Shown: positions 8,273-17,176 of the stretch, one piece after another
Layout: the number at the start of each line of letters is the position of its first letter
Numbering within the stretch: position 1 is the first letter of the stretch
Source: a virus
Virus record (IMG/VR): IMGVR_UViG_3300025121_000006
Direction: 5' to 3' (one strand)
Length of the DNA stretch: 45,959 nucleotides
Notes under the pieces: model-generated
Database searches by the model: none
What the model was told of the DNA's origin: nothing
The model's input: the letters and a program-made list of their open reading frames with translations, nothing else
Program-made: the position numbers and the translations under genes

Positions 8273-9392
8273 CCACGAAGGGCACGAAGTGACACGAAGG
8301 GGATTGCTTCGCTGCGCTCGCAATGACAATCAGCGGAATCTGCGTAATCAGCGGTTAAAAATAATTCTCTGTGTTCTCTGTGTTCTCTGTGTCATCTGCG
8401 GCTCTTGTCTTGGCGAAGTGACAAGCAGTACGGTCCAGAATTTCACGACAAATATTGACGGCTTCAATTACGAACTGGATTTTATAAAGATGTCCAGTCT
8501 TTCGGCTACCGCGCCTGTTGTCTACGACGGGGCGGGAGTATTTTCGCTCGATTACGATATCAACGATTTCTGGCTTAACGGCACGACTTTAGAAATAAAC
8601 GACGTCAATATCCACCACGGCAGTTTGTACGGGCTGGCCGCCGACGACCACACACAGTATCTATTAGCAGACGGGACAAGGGGATTATCGGGCAACTGGA
8701 ACGCGGGTGTGTTTGGTATAACAGCCAATTCCTTTACTATAGGGGCCGATACGCTTGCAACGAGCGAATGGGCTTATCTCGATGGGCAGGACCAAGCGGT
8801 AAAAAGCACAAGCATCCCGACTTTCGACGGCCTGACGTCTACCGCACCTTTAGTCGATAATTATGATACTGTTAACGGAAGCGACTGGCTGACTTGTAAA
8901 GACAATGGGACGACAAGTTTTAGGATACTGCATTATGGAACAACCCACGTTAAGTTATTGGCAACCGACAATTTATATTTTGAATGTGACACCGTCGTGT
9001 TTAATCCTGCCAATGGCATATTTTCTGTGCAGGCCGGAACTAATGGAATTTTTGAGAGCTATGGAAGGCCCTGTATTGTAAGAAGCAGAGCTGGAGCGTA
9101 TGCCCTTATCCTAAAAACAAACGATATTACCGCCATCACAATAGACGGCACTTCTCAAAATGTCGCCGTAAGCAACTATCTTAGGGTCGGTTCTGCCGTT
9201 GCCCCTACCGTACCTCTCGACGTTACCGGTGCAATCCTCGGTTCGACTACGATAGAGGCAGGAACAGGCTTTAAGTGCGGCGGAACTGCGGCGGTAGCTG
9301 ACGGTACTTATAATTTTGATGGTACGGCGGCAGGGACAGTATCAACGATGACTTTCAAGGGTGGTATTTGTACGGGAATAACAACAAGATGA
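8265..9392 (+). CDS. tail fibre protein
   Basis: 'HHGSLYGLAADDHTQYLLADGTRGLSGNWNAG' is a common phage tail-fibre motif. The ATG at 8265 overlaps the upstream stop. The first ~55 codons are encoded entirely by junction elements. Confidence 0.6.
   Translation: MINHEGHEVTRRGLLRCARNDNQRNLRNQRLKIILCVLCVLCVICGSCLGEVTSSTVQNFTTNIDGFNYELDFIKMSSLSATAPVVYDGAGVFSLDYDINDFWLNGTTLEINDVNIHHGSLYGLAADDHTQYLLADGTRGLSGNWNAGVFGITANSFTIGADTLATSEWAYLDGQDQAVKSTSIPTFDGLTSTAPLVDNYDTVNGSDWLTCKDNGTTSFRILHYGTTHVKLLATDNLYFECDTVVFNPANGIFSVQAGTNGIFESYGRPCIVRSRAGAYALILKTNDITAITIDGTSQNVAVSNYLRVGSAVAPTVPLDVTGAILGSTTIEAGTGFKCGGTAAVADGTYNFDGTAAGTVSTMTFKGGICTGITTR
8269..8391 (+). repeat. composite: A units x3 + palindromic unit + C (reverse) + TTCTCTGTG x3
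   Basis: TTAACCACGAAGGGCACGAAGTGACACGAAGGGG; GATTGCTTCGCTGCGCTCGCAATG; AATCAGCGGAATCTGCGTAATCAGCGGTTAA; TTCTCTGTG x3. Confidence 0.9.
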
Positions 9393-12007
9393 AAATGAGA
9401 AATAAGAAATTAGAAATTAAAAGCCTTCGTGGAACTTCGTGTTCTTCGTGGTTAAAATTCTTGTTTCTTGTGTCTTGTGTCTTGTTTCTTGCCGCCCCTG
9501 CGGCGGCTTATCGCCAGACGACAAATACGCTAAACGGGGGGGAACTATCGCCACTGCTCGAGGGCAGGAGCGATATTGAAAAGTATTACAGCGGATGCCG
9601 GACTCTTGAAAATTTCCTTGTTCTCTCGCACGGAGGCGTAACAAAAAGGCCAGGGACGGCCTATATTGCAACCGCCAAGACTGCGGGCGATACAGTCAGA
9701 TTGATACCTTTTGAGTATTCGACCGAACAGGCCTATATCCTCGAATTCGGCGATGAGTATATAAGGTTCTATAAAGATAGCGGCCAGATAACATCCGGCG
9801 GCAGCGCTTATGAGATAGTTTCACCTTACGATAAAAGCGATCTATTTGAATTGCAGTATATTCAGTCCGCCGATGTGATGTATATAGTCCATCCCGATTA
9901 TGCTCCGCGTCAGCTTACAAGGACGGGTCACACGGCCTGGACTATATCGGCGGTCGATTTCCAGCGTGGGCCGTTTCTGGCCGAGAATACGACCGATATC
10001 ACAATAACGCCGTCGGCGACGACCGGCACGATAACACTTACGGCAAGCGATGATATATTCGATGCCAATCACGTCGGGGCGCTGTGGCAGATAAATCATA
10101 CCATAGGGACTGAAAAGGCACTGCCGTACTGGTCGGGTACCGATACCGGAACGGAGGCCGGCCCGACGGTTCAACTGGGCCGCAGGTGGGAGCTTACCAC
10201 GCACGGGACATGGAACGGGGTATTGAAGCTGGAAAAAAGTTACGATGGTACAAACTGGACAGATGAATATATAGTATCGAGCGTAAACGACGATAACCGG
10301 CAGGCGCCGGGCATAGAGGAAAGAGACGACGCGGTGTACCGGCTGAATATGGAAAGCCACATATCCGGAACGATATACGTGCGGTTTTACGCCTTTAGCC
10401 ACGAGATACAGGGCGTTGTCCGCATAACGGCCGTCACAAGCGCAACAAGTGCAACGGCGACGGTAGTTAATACCCTTGGTGGTACGACGGCGACGGCCAG
10501 ATGGGCGGAAGGGGCGTTTAGCGAAGATGAAGGGTATCCGCGGGCTGTAGCGTTCTACGAAGAGCGGCTCGCCTTTGCGGGCACGAGGAACAGCCCGCAG
10601 ACTATATGGATGAGCCAGACGAACGATTGGCCGAACTTTTACGCAGGCGCCGAGGCCGATCAGGCGATAAGCTACACAATCGCAAGCGATAAGGTGAACG
10701 CGATATACTGGATGGCGGCGGCAAATTCGCTGCTATTGGGGACTTCGGGCGGGGAGTGGAAACTAAACGGCGGCAATAACGGAGAGGCTCTTAGCCCGTC
10801 GGTTCCGCCGGTATGCCGAAGGCAGTCGAGCTACGGAAGCGAATATCTCCAGCCGCAGCTTACCGAGAACGTCGTTTTGTACGTGCAGAGGCAGAGCAAG
10901 AAGATTCGGGAAATGGCCTATTCGTTCGAGCAGGATGGCTACGTCAGTCCTGATATGACCATACTTGCCGACCATATAACAGGCACAGGGATAACGCAGA
11001 CGGCGTTTTCCAAGACGCCCGACCCGATACTGTGGTGCGTTACGGGCGATGGATACCTGGCCGAGCTTACCTATAACAGGGAACAGAATGTCACCGCGTG
11101 GAGCCGGATAGTTACAGATGGCGACATTGAATCGGCTGCGGTAATACCCGGCGATGGCGAAGATGAGGTGTGGGTTTCGGTAAAGAGGACTATCGACGGC
11201 ACAGATTACCGGTATATTGAGCAGTTCAGTGCGAGAGATTTTGGCTCGGATCAGGCGGACGCGATATTAGTCGATTCAAGCCTGTCTTTCGACGGCGGCG
11301 ACAGTGTTACGATAACCGGCGTTACAAACGCAAATCCGGCGGTTGTCACGGCGGCAGGTCACGGCTTCGCCGATGGCGAGCAGATTCGGTTTTCAAGCGT
11401 CGGCGGAATGACGCAGTTAAATAATAAGGTCTTTACCGTCGATTCGCCGGGGTTAAATAGTTTCACCCTGTACGATAAGACAAACGCAGTCGCGATAAAT
11501 TCCAGTGCGTTTTCTACATATACAAGCGGTGGATCGTGCGAGCAGGTAGAGAATACATTTACGACGCTTAGCCATTTAGAGGGCCAAACGGTTCAGGTCG
11601 CAGCAGACGGGGGCTATTACGGCACAGAGACGGTTAGTTCCGGTACCGTGACACTTGCCGATTTTTACAATAAGGTTCATATCGGACTTGGCTACACGGC
11701 CAAATTACTGCCGCAGCGGCTTGAAGTGCCGGGCGGGAATCTTACGGGCAGGGAAAAGAGGATAACGAAACTTACAATGCGGTTTAATAAGAGCCTTAGC
11801 TGTCGGGCGGGGGTAAGCTGGACGGAATACGACAATATAGTGTTTCGCGATGCCGACGATCTGCTGGAGGCGGCAAGCCCGTTATACAGCGGCGATAAGG
11901 AAATAGACTTTGACGGAGACTGGGACACGCAGGGCGATATCTATATCTTAAACGAGCTGCCCGTGCCGTGTACGATACTATCGATTACGACGGAGTTTGA
12001 TTTATGA
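9389..12007 (+). CDS. tail tubular protein B / nozzle (T7 gp12-like)
   Basis: About 870 aa. 'TNTLNGGELSPLLEGRSD...GGVTKRPG' parallels T7 gp12 'IKNLKGGISQQPDILRYPD...EGLQKRPP'. An ATGA overlap couples it to the upstream gene. Confidence 0.6.
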   Translation: MKMRNKKLEIKSLRGTSCSSWLKFLFLVSCVLFLAAPAAAYRQTTNTLNGGELSPLLEGRSDIEKYYSGCRTLENFLVLSHGGVTKRPGTAYIATAKTAGDTVRLIPFEYSTEQAYILEFGDEYIRFYKDSGQITSGGSAYEIVSPYDKSDLFELQYIQSADVMYIVHPDYAPRQLTRTGHTAWTISAVDFQRGPFLAENTTDITITPSATTGTITLTASDDIFDANHVGALWQINHTIGTEKALPYWSGTDTGTEAGPTVQLGRRWELTTHGTWNGVLKLEKSYDGTNWTDEYIVSSVNDDNRQAPGIEERDDAVYRLNMESHISGTIYVRFYAFSHEIQGVVRITAVTSATSATATVVNTLGGTTATARWAEGAFSEDEGYPRAVAFYEERLAFAGTRNSPQTIWMSQTNDWPNFYAGAEADQAISYTIASDKVNAIYWMAAANSLLLGTSGGEWKLNGGNNGEALSPSVPPVCRRQSSYGSEYLQPQLTENVVLYVQRQSKKIREMAYSFEQDGYVSPDMTILADHITGTGITQTAFSKTPDPILWCVTGDGYLAELTYNREQNVTAWSRIVTDGDIESAAVIPGDGEDEVWVSVKRTIDGTDYRYIEQFSARDFGSDQADAILVDSSLSFDGGDSVTITGVTNANPAVVTAAGHGFADGEQIRFSSVGGMTQLNNKVFTVDSPGLNSFTLYDKTNAVAINSSAFSTYTSGGSCEQVENTFTTLSHLEGQTVQVAADGGYYGTETVSSGTVTLADFYNKVHIGLGYTAKLLPQRLEVPGGNLTGREKRITKLTMRFNKSLSCRAGVSWTEYDNIVFRDADDLLEAASPLYSGDKEIDFDGDWDTQGDIYILNELPVPCTILSITTEFDL
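9397..9491 (-). repeat. composite: heptamers + A units (reverse) + degenerate reverse A (CTTGTKTCTTG run)
   Basis: CCTTCGTGGAACTTCGTGTTCTTCGTGGTTAA is about 30 nt identical to 45016-45047. It is followed by TTCTTGTTTCTTGTGTCTTGTGTCTTGTTTCTTG. Confidence 0.9.
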
Positions 12008-12008
12008 G

Positions 12009-12048
12009 AACAGCCAATAGAAACGCAGATTACGCTGATTTATTAACC
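12009..12048 (+). repeat. junction element: AACAGCC + C units
   Basis: AACAGCCAATAGAAACGCAGATTACGCTGATTTATTAACC. Confidence 0.85.
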
Positions 12049-12049
12049 C

Positions 12050-12074
12050 AAGCCGCCGCGGCGCATGAGCGGAG
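12050..12074 (+). promoter_or_regulatory. conserved leader box, copy 1 (upstream of the portal gene)
   Basis: AAGCCGCCGCGGCGCATGAGCGGAG, ending 6 nt before the ATG. It contains the 10-bp palindrome CGCCGCGGCG. Confidence 0.6.
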
Positions 12075-12080
12075 TATGTT

Positions 12081-13763
12081 ATGATTGATTTTACGCAGTT
12101 TGATAGCGATGAAAAAATAGTAAAGGCGATAAGCAGCCATAACGGTCAGCTTCGCAATATCCGAAAGTTCTACGAGGGACTTTGGGATGTCGAGGCTAAG
12201 TTATTTTTGCCCAGAAGATACGACCTTTTGCGGCAGGCGATGAAGGGTCAAAAATACGGGGCAAAGGTCTATGACGGGCATCCGGCCAACGCGGTCAATA
12301 AATTCGTTCTTGGGCTGCAAGGAAACATGATAAGCCGGTCGGTGCCGTGGCTGCAATTTACGACAAGTAACCAGAGATTGTTAAATAACGACGAGGTCAA
12401 AAAGTATTTACAGGAATCGACAGAGCAGGTTCTATGGTCGTTTAATCGCAGTAATTTCTACGGTTCCAGCGTATGGCAGGGTAAAGACGCCTGCACTTTC
12501 GGAACGGGGGCGATGGTACCGGAAATTGATATGGCAAAAGGCAGGATTGTATATCATACCGTCCATCCCGGCGAAAGCTGGATAGCAGATGATCAGTACG
12601 GAAGCGGGGCGGTCTATCAGAGAGAATTCAAGATGGCGGCGATTACGCTATTGGAAAAGTTCGGAGCCGATAAGCTGCCAAGCCAGGTATTGAGGGACGC
12701 GCAGGGCAAGGGGCAGGGTCAGCCCTTTACCGAATATAAATGCCTGCTGGCGATCTATAAGAATGTAAAGCCCAATCCGGATAGTCTCCTGCCGGAGGAT
12801 AAGCCGTATAAGGTATTTTATATCCTTGAAAGCGGGGCGCATTCCAAGAAGGATTCGCTTTTACAGAAAAGCGGTATGGACTGGTTTCCTCTTCTTTGGC
12901 GGCAGGGCAGGGAAGATGGGCTTGCCTACGGGACAAGTATCGCAGCCGACGCCCTTACCGAGGGATTGCAGGTAAACCAGATAGGTAAAAAGCAGCTTGA
13001 GCTATTAGCCATAGCGATAGAGGGCAGATGGCTCATTCACGAGAACCTGCGGAATAAGTTCAAGACTAATCCAGGCGGCAGGACGTATTTTGCAAAAACC
13101 GATGAGGATGTAAGACCCCTATCAGATAAGGCGCAGAACTGGCCCTTGGCCGATGACTACGCGGAGAGGATTCATAGTTCCATAGATGATAAGTTCTTTA
13201 TCAGGTTCTTTGAGCTGCTTAGCAGCGGGGAATTTAAGAATATTACCGCATACCAGGCAAGCCAGATGCTCGGTGAAAAGGCAAGCCTTATGTCGGCGAT
13301 CGTGGGCGAATACGAAGAACATGTTTTAGAGCCGGCGGTCGATATCCAGTTCGCGTTCGAGCAGATGGCAGGCAGAATGCCCCAGCCTCCGGATATACTG
13401 CTCGAAGAGGGCGGCAAGGTGGATATCAGCTATATCGGGCCGTTGGCGCAGATGCAGCGGGCGGTCATGCAGAGCAAAGGGATTGTCAACGCACTGCCGT
13501 TAATGCAGGCGATCGGTGCGATTTGGCCGCAGGCGCTTGTAAAGATAAACGAGATGGAACTTATCGAGGACGCCGGTATCAGCCAGGGTATGAAACAGAC
13601 GTACTTCAAATCGGATGAAGAGGTTAAGGCGATACTCGAACAGCAGGCAGCGCGTCAGGAGGCGATGGAGAACGCCGAAATGGCGGGAAATATGGCAAAG
13701 GCGGCAGGGCCGATGGGTAAACAGATCGAGGCGGGCAGTCCGCTTGATGCGATGATGGGATGA
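12081..13763 (+). CDS. portal (head-to-tail connector) protein, T7 gp8-like
   Basis: 560 aa. Its size, the 'ANAVNKFVLGLQGNMISRSVPWLQF' segment and the M/A/Q-rich C-terminal tail resemble podovirus connectors. Confidence 0.7.
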   Translation: MIDFTQFDSDEKIVKAISSHNGQLRNIRKFYEGLWDVEAKLFLPRRYDLLRQAMKGQKYGAKVYDGHPANAVNKFVLGLQGNMISRSVPWLQFTTSNQRLLNNDEVKKYLQESTEQVLWSFNRSNFYGSSVWQGKDACTFGTGAMVPEIDMAKGRIVYHTVHPGESWIADDQYGSGAVYQREFKMAAITLLEKFGADKLPSQVLRDAQGKGQGQPFTEYKCLLAIYKNVKPNPDSLLPEDKPYKVFYILESGAHSKKDSLLQKSGMDWFPLLWRQGREDGLAYGTSIAADALTEGLQVNQIGKKQLELLAIAIEGRWLIHENLRNKFKTNPGGRTYFAKTDEDVRPLSDKAQNWPLADDYAERIHSSIDDKFFIRFFELLSSGEFKNITAYQASQMLGEKASLMSAIVGEYEEHVLEPAVDIQFAFEQMAGRMPQPPDILLEEGGKVDISYIGPLAQMQRAVMQSKGIVNALPLMQAIGAIWPQALVKINEMELIEDAGISQGMKQTYFKSDEEVKAILEQQAARQEAMENAEMAGNMAKAAGPMGKQIEAGSPLDAMMG

Positions 13764-13771
13764 AAAAATAT

Positions 13772-13887
13772 TTAACCACAAAAAACACGAAGAAAAAGAA
13801 ATTAACCGCGGATTTCGCGGATTACACGGATTAAGAAAATGAAAAAAAACAAAAAAATCAGCGGAATCTGCGTAATCAGCGGTTAAG
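13772..13887 (+). repeat. composite: A + B + C (reverse)
   Basis: TTAACCACAAAAAACACGAAG; TTAACCGCGGATTTCGCGGATTACACGGATTAAG; AATCAGCGGAATCTGCGTAATCAGCGGTTAAG. Confidence 0.9.
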
Positions 13888-13911
13888 AAACGGATTTTAA
13901 AAAGGTTTTAT

Positions 13912-14166
13912 ATGCGAATAACTGAAAACTTAAAATGGCTCTTGAAAAGAAAGCGGTATGGAAAGTTTGGCGGCGGCGATGTGCCCAAGGTGTCGCCTGC
14001 GGCTATTACGCCCACGGCGGGCGATAAAAGCGTTACAGCGGCCAAGGATAACCTGCGTGAGAAACTTCGACGCCAGCAGGGCAGGGCGGCTACGCAGCTT
14101 ACTACGCCGGGGATGCTGAAACCGCCTGATTTGAGTAAGCCGTATCTGAAGGATTCATTGGGATAA
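13912..14166 (+). CDS. small basic virion-module protein
   Basis: 84 aa, K/R-rich, SD AAAAGG, located downstream of the portal gene. Confidence 0.45.
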   Translation: MRITENLKWLLKRKRYGKFGGGDVPKVSPAAITPTAGDKSVTAAKDNLREKLRRQQGRAATQLTTPGMLKPPDLSKPYLKDSLG

Positions 14167-14221
14167 AATAAAAAATCAAAAAGCAAAATGAAAAAATACA
14201 GATTAAATATCAAAAAGTTAA

Positions 14222-14246
14222 AAGCCGCCGCGGCGTTTGAGCGGGG
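14222..14246 (+). promoter_or_regulatory. conserved leader box, copy 2
   Basis: AAGCCGCCGCGGCGTTTGAGCGGGG, ending 6 nt before the ATG at 14253. Confidence 0.6.
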
Positions 14247-14252
14247 ATAGCA

Positions 14253-14789
14253 ATGTTAAAGTTTAGAGAATTTACAGCCAAGGATGCAGAGCTGATCGCG
14301 GCAAACGCGGTCGATAGCGAGCTGCGCGGTAAAAGCGGCGAATGGGTCAAATACTGGTCTTTAGTTTGTGAAAATAAAGGGTTCGGATATACGGCGTTTT
14401 TAACCACGAAAAACACGGAAGAAAATAAAACAGCCGGGTTAAACGCTGATTCCGCAGATTACGCTGATGGAAAATCAGAGGCGGGAGATATTATCGGGGC
14501 GGCGGGGGTGACTTTTTCGGCCAATAGCTGCGGGACGGTGTGGGCGATATTTACGCAGCAGGTCCGCCGATACAGCAAAGAGACTCTGCGGAGTATGAGG
14601 ACTGTTCTTTATGATTTTATTGTGCCGGAATGCGGACTAAAAAAACTGCGGGCATTGTCGAGAGTTAATTTCACGGCGTCGCAGAGATTGCTGGAGGCGA
14701 TGGGGTTTGTTAAAAAGGGAAAAAGAGGCGATTATTATCTATATATAAAACAGTTTAACCACGAAGGACACGAAGATGCACGAAGATAA
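14253..14789 (+). CDS. GNAT-like acetyltransferase carrying an in-frame junction-element insertion
   Basis: The C-terminal 'KKLRALSRVNFTASQRLLEAMGFVKKG' is GNAT-like. Residues 'LTTKNTEENKTAGLNADSADYADG' are encoded by an A + AACAGCC + C composite element. Confidence 0.45.
   Translation: MLKFREFTAKDAELIAANAVDSELRGKSGEWVKYWSLVCENKGFGYTAFLTTKNTEENKTAGLNADSADYADGKSEAGDIIGAAGVTFSANSCGTVWAIFTQQVRRYSKETLRSMRTVLYDFIVPECGLKKLRALSRVNFTASQRLLEAMGFVKKGKRGDYYLYIKQFNHEGHEDARR
14400..14470 (+). repeat. composite A + AACAGCC + C embedded in frame in the GNAT-like CDS
   Basis: TTAACCACGAAAAACACGGAAGAAAATAAAACAGCCGGGTTAAACGCTGATTCCGCAGATTACGCTGATGG. Confidence 0.9.
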
Positions 14790-14790
14790 G
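14749..14790 (+). repeat. junction element: A units spanning a stop/start overlap
   Basis: AACAGTTTAACCACGAAGGACACGAAGATGCACGAAGATAAG. Confidence 0.9.
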
Positions 14791-15360
14791 TGGTTGCGTG
14801 ATTTTGTAAGGCAGGCGGGCAGGTACGTTCCCGATGATGTCGAATTGATAGAGCGTGGCGGAAGAATTTTCTTCGCGCATGCAAGGTTTCGGTTCGACCT
14901 TCTAACATTGGGAGTAATGGCGGCGGGCACGACGATGAACGCGATGGCGGCAAGGCAGCAGGGTAAGGCGAGTGCTGCGATAAATAAATATAACGCGGCG
15001 GTCGATGAGAAGGCGGCCGGCCAGATAGAAAAGGCGGGACTTGCCGAGCAGGCCGAGCGGAAGGACAGGACAAGGCAACTATTAGCGGCCAATAGGGTCG
15101 CTTACGGCAAGAGCGGCGTTGGTATGGCGGGTAGTCCCTTATTAAATGACCTTGACGTTTTGGAAAAAGGAGTGCTCGATAGCGAGATGACCGGCTACAA
15201 CGCAAGGACTTCGGCTGACCAGAAGAGAAGCGAGGCGGTAGCCTCGAGGCTTGCGGCAAATTCGGCCCGAAGGGCGGGCAGGCTGGGGATAGGGCAGGCG
15301 CTGTTCGGCGGTGCGACGGACGCTTTGATACTGAATAGCAGGAAAAAAGAATATGCTTAA
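14776..15360 (+). CDS. putative internal virion (ejection) protein
   Basis: 194 aa, A/G/R-rich. The ATG follows GAAGGACACGAAG directly, and the stop TAA lies inside the next TTAACCACG element. The function is inferred from position. Confidence 0.4.
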   Translation: MHEDKWLRDFVRQAGRYVPDDVELIERGGRIFFAHARFRFDLLTLGVMAAGTTMNAMAARQQGKASAAINKYNAAVDEKAAGQIEKAGLAEQAERKDRTRQLLAANRVAYGKSGVGMAGSPLLNDLDVLEKGVLDSEMTGYNARTSADQKRSEAVASRLAANSARRAGRLGIGQALFGGATDALILNSRKKEYA

Positions 15361-15473
15361 CCACGAAGGACACGAAGAGACACGAAGGAAACAGCCAATT
15401 TTAACGCTGATTACGCAGATTACGCTGATGAAAAAAAGTTTAGGGTTTAGGGTTTAGAAATTAGAGATTAAAG
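15357..15473 (+). repeat. full composite: A x3 + AACAGCC + C x3 + GTTTAGG/AATTAGA heptamers
   Basis: All module types occur in one 117-nt spacer, ending 3 nt before the ATG at 15477. Confidence 0.95.
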
Positions 15474-15476
15474 AAA

Positions 15477-17138
15477 ATGCCGATAGCAAAAGGACAAAGA
15501 CAGGTTTTACCGACGGGCGAAGTTGGAGAGGTTAAGATAAATCCCGGCCTGTACAATAACGAGGCGGGCGCGTTATCGGGGCTTGCCGGAAGCGTATCGA
15601 GACTGGGCATAGCCAATTTCGAGGAAGGGCAGAGGATAAACAGTATTCAGGCGACAAAAGAAACCACGGACGGGATACTGGCCTATGAGACCGATTTTCG
15701 CGATAAGATAGTCGAGCTTAATAAGGATCCCGATTACGCGGGGCGCGGCAAGAAGTTTGACGACTGGCATAAAAAGACCACGACCGAGATTATGGCGGAT
15801 AAAAAGAATCCAAGGGCAATAAAAGACCTCCAGATCGAATTCAAAAGATTGCAGAACAGTCACGGTATGCAGATAGAGTTTGCGGCGGATCGAAGTATCA
15901 TTCAGGACGAGAGGGCGGCCATTCCGGCGAAGACGTCGATATTTGCCGATAACTTTGTCGCGGCGAACAGCGAACAGGAAAAAAAGATTCAACTGAACAG
16001 GGCCGTTGCCTACCTTAAGCAACTGCATATTGACGGGGTACTTAGTAAAAACGAGTTAGAGACGCAGATGCTTAACCTCGACAACACGTTTGTTAAGGCG
16101 ATCCAAAATAAGCTAAAAACCAGTATCGAGGTCGACGCGTTCGCTATCGCGGCAAAGGATGGTTACCCGGCGGCGGAAAAGATGCTGCGTGACCCTGTGG
16201 TCAGGGAAAATCTTATAGCGGGAGGTATGAAGCGGGAGGACGCGGCTGCCCTTTTGAGGGATATCGAGGATAACGTAAAGGACGCCAGGGCGGGCGAACA
16301 GGAGGCATTGAGACAAAACCGCCAGGCGCTTGGCAATGAGGTCTTTAAGGCCATTACAGAGAAGCGGTACGCCGACGCGAGGACGCTTATAAATAGCGGC
16401 AAAGACGGGGTCGCGTTTGAGGCTACAGGGGAAAATTCAAAGACGAGCTGGACGTCGCTATTGGATGGGGCCAAGACAAAAGGCGGCGAAACAGAGCTTA
16501 ACGAAAAGACCTGGGATGTTTACTGGAATACACTCAAAAAGGTCACAAACAACCCAGATTCGATTAAAGAGGGCGAACTGGAGGCGATGGTAGGTAAAGG
16601 TATAAGTATCGGCGATTACAAGGAATTTCAAGGCATTTTAGGCAAGAATAAAGAATCCGATATCCTCAAAAACGAGGGTGTCGTCAACGGGCTAAAGACC
16701 ATTTACGGGCTGCGAAGCGCCGGTTCGTTTGTCGGATTGAAGCCCTCTGATATGGAGACGGTCGATAAACTGGCCAACGAAAAGGCGTGGCGGACTGTCA
16801 CACAGGAGTTTACTCGCTGGGCAGAGGCTAACGCCGATAAGGTGAACGACCCGGTATGGGACGAAATGGTATCGGAAAAAATCCAGAAATTAACACAGCC
16901 GTTCGAGCAGAAGGCGCAGCTTAGCAGCTTTGTCAGTTTCTTTCGTCCGGGCGGCAGGGATAAGGCAAAGCTTGAAAAGCTGCGAAACGAGCAGTTGGCC
17001 GAGGCGGTCGGCGATACCGGCGGCGGCGTAAAGACGGTTGATAGCGAGGCGGTCAGTAAATATTACGACCTTGCCAATGGCGATGAAGCGGAGGTAAAGC
17101 GACTGATGAAAAAGGATGGATACACGATAGAGGATTAA
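15477..17138 (+). CDS. putative internal virion (ejection) protein
   Basis: 553 aa, helical and charged, located between the portal module and the giant ORF. The stop is embedded in an A-type element. Confidence 0.4.
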   Translation: MPIAKGQRQVLPTGEVGEVKINPGLYNNEAGALSGLAGSVSRLGIANFEEGQRINSIQATKETTDGILAYETDFRDKIVELNKDPDYAGRGKKFDDWHKKTTTEIMADKKNPRAIKDLQIEFKRLQNSHGMQIEFAADRSIIQDERAAIPAKTSIFADNFVAANSEQEKKIQLNRAVAYLKQLHIDGVLSKNELETQMLNLDNTFVKAIQNKLKTSIEVDAFAIAAKDGYPAAEKMLRDPVVRENLIAGGMKREDAAALLRDIEDNVKDARAGEQEALRQNRQALGNEVFKAITEKRYADARTLINSGKDGVAFEATGENSKTSWTSLLDGAKTKGGETELNEKTWDVYWNTLKKVTNNPDSIKEGELEAMVGKGISIGDYKEFQGILGKNKESDILKNEGVVNGLKTIYGLRSAGSFVGLKPSDMETVDKLANEKAWRTVTQEFTRWAEANADKVNDPVWDEMVSEKIQKLTQPFEQKAQLSSFVSFFRPGGRDKAKLEKLRNEQLAEAVGDTGGGVKTVDSEAVSKYYDLANGDEAEVKRLMKKDGYTIED

Positions 17139-17166
17139 CCACGAAGGACACGAAGAAAGCACGAAG
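17135..17166 (+). repeat. junction element: A units x3
   Basis: TTAACCACGAAGGACACGAAGAAAGCACGAAG. Its TAA is the stop of the upstream gene. Confidence 0.9.
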
Positions 17167-17176
17167 AAATTAAAAA

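Noticed and set aside
3484-12007. A diversity-generating retroelement targeting the fibre or lectin genes, as in BPP-1-like podoviruses.
   Set aside because: No reverse transcriptase ORF is present anywhere, and I found no template/variable repeat pair with adenine-specific mismatches.
14735-15373. A 212-aa minus-strand ORF, and similar antisense ORFs such as 519-1055, 9842-10402, 15573-16028 and 17911-18604.
   Set aside because: These are shadow ORFs on the opposite strand of GC-rich coding sequence. They are P/R/S-rich and low-complexity, and the sense-strand genes have recognisable functions and context.
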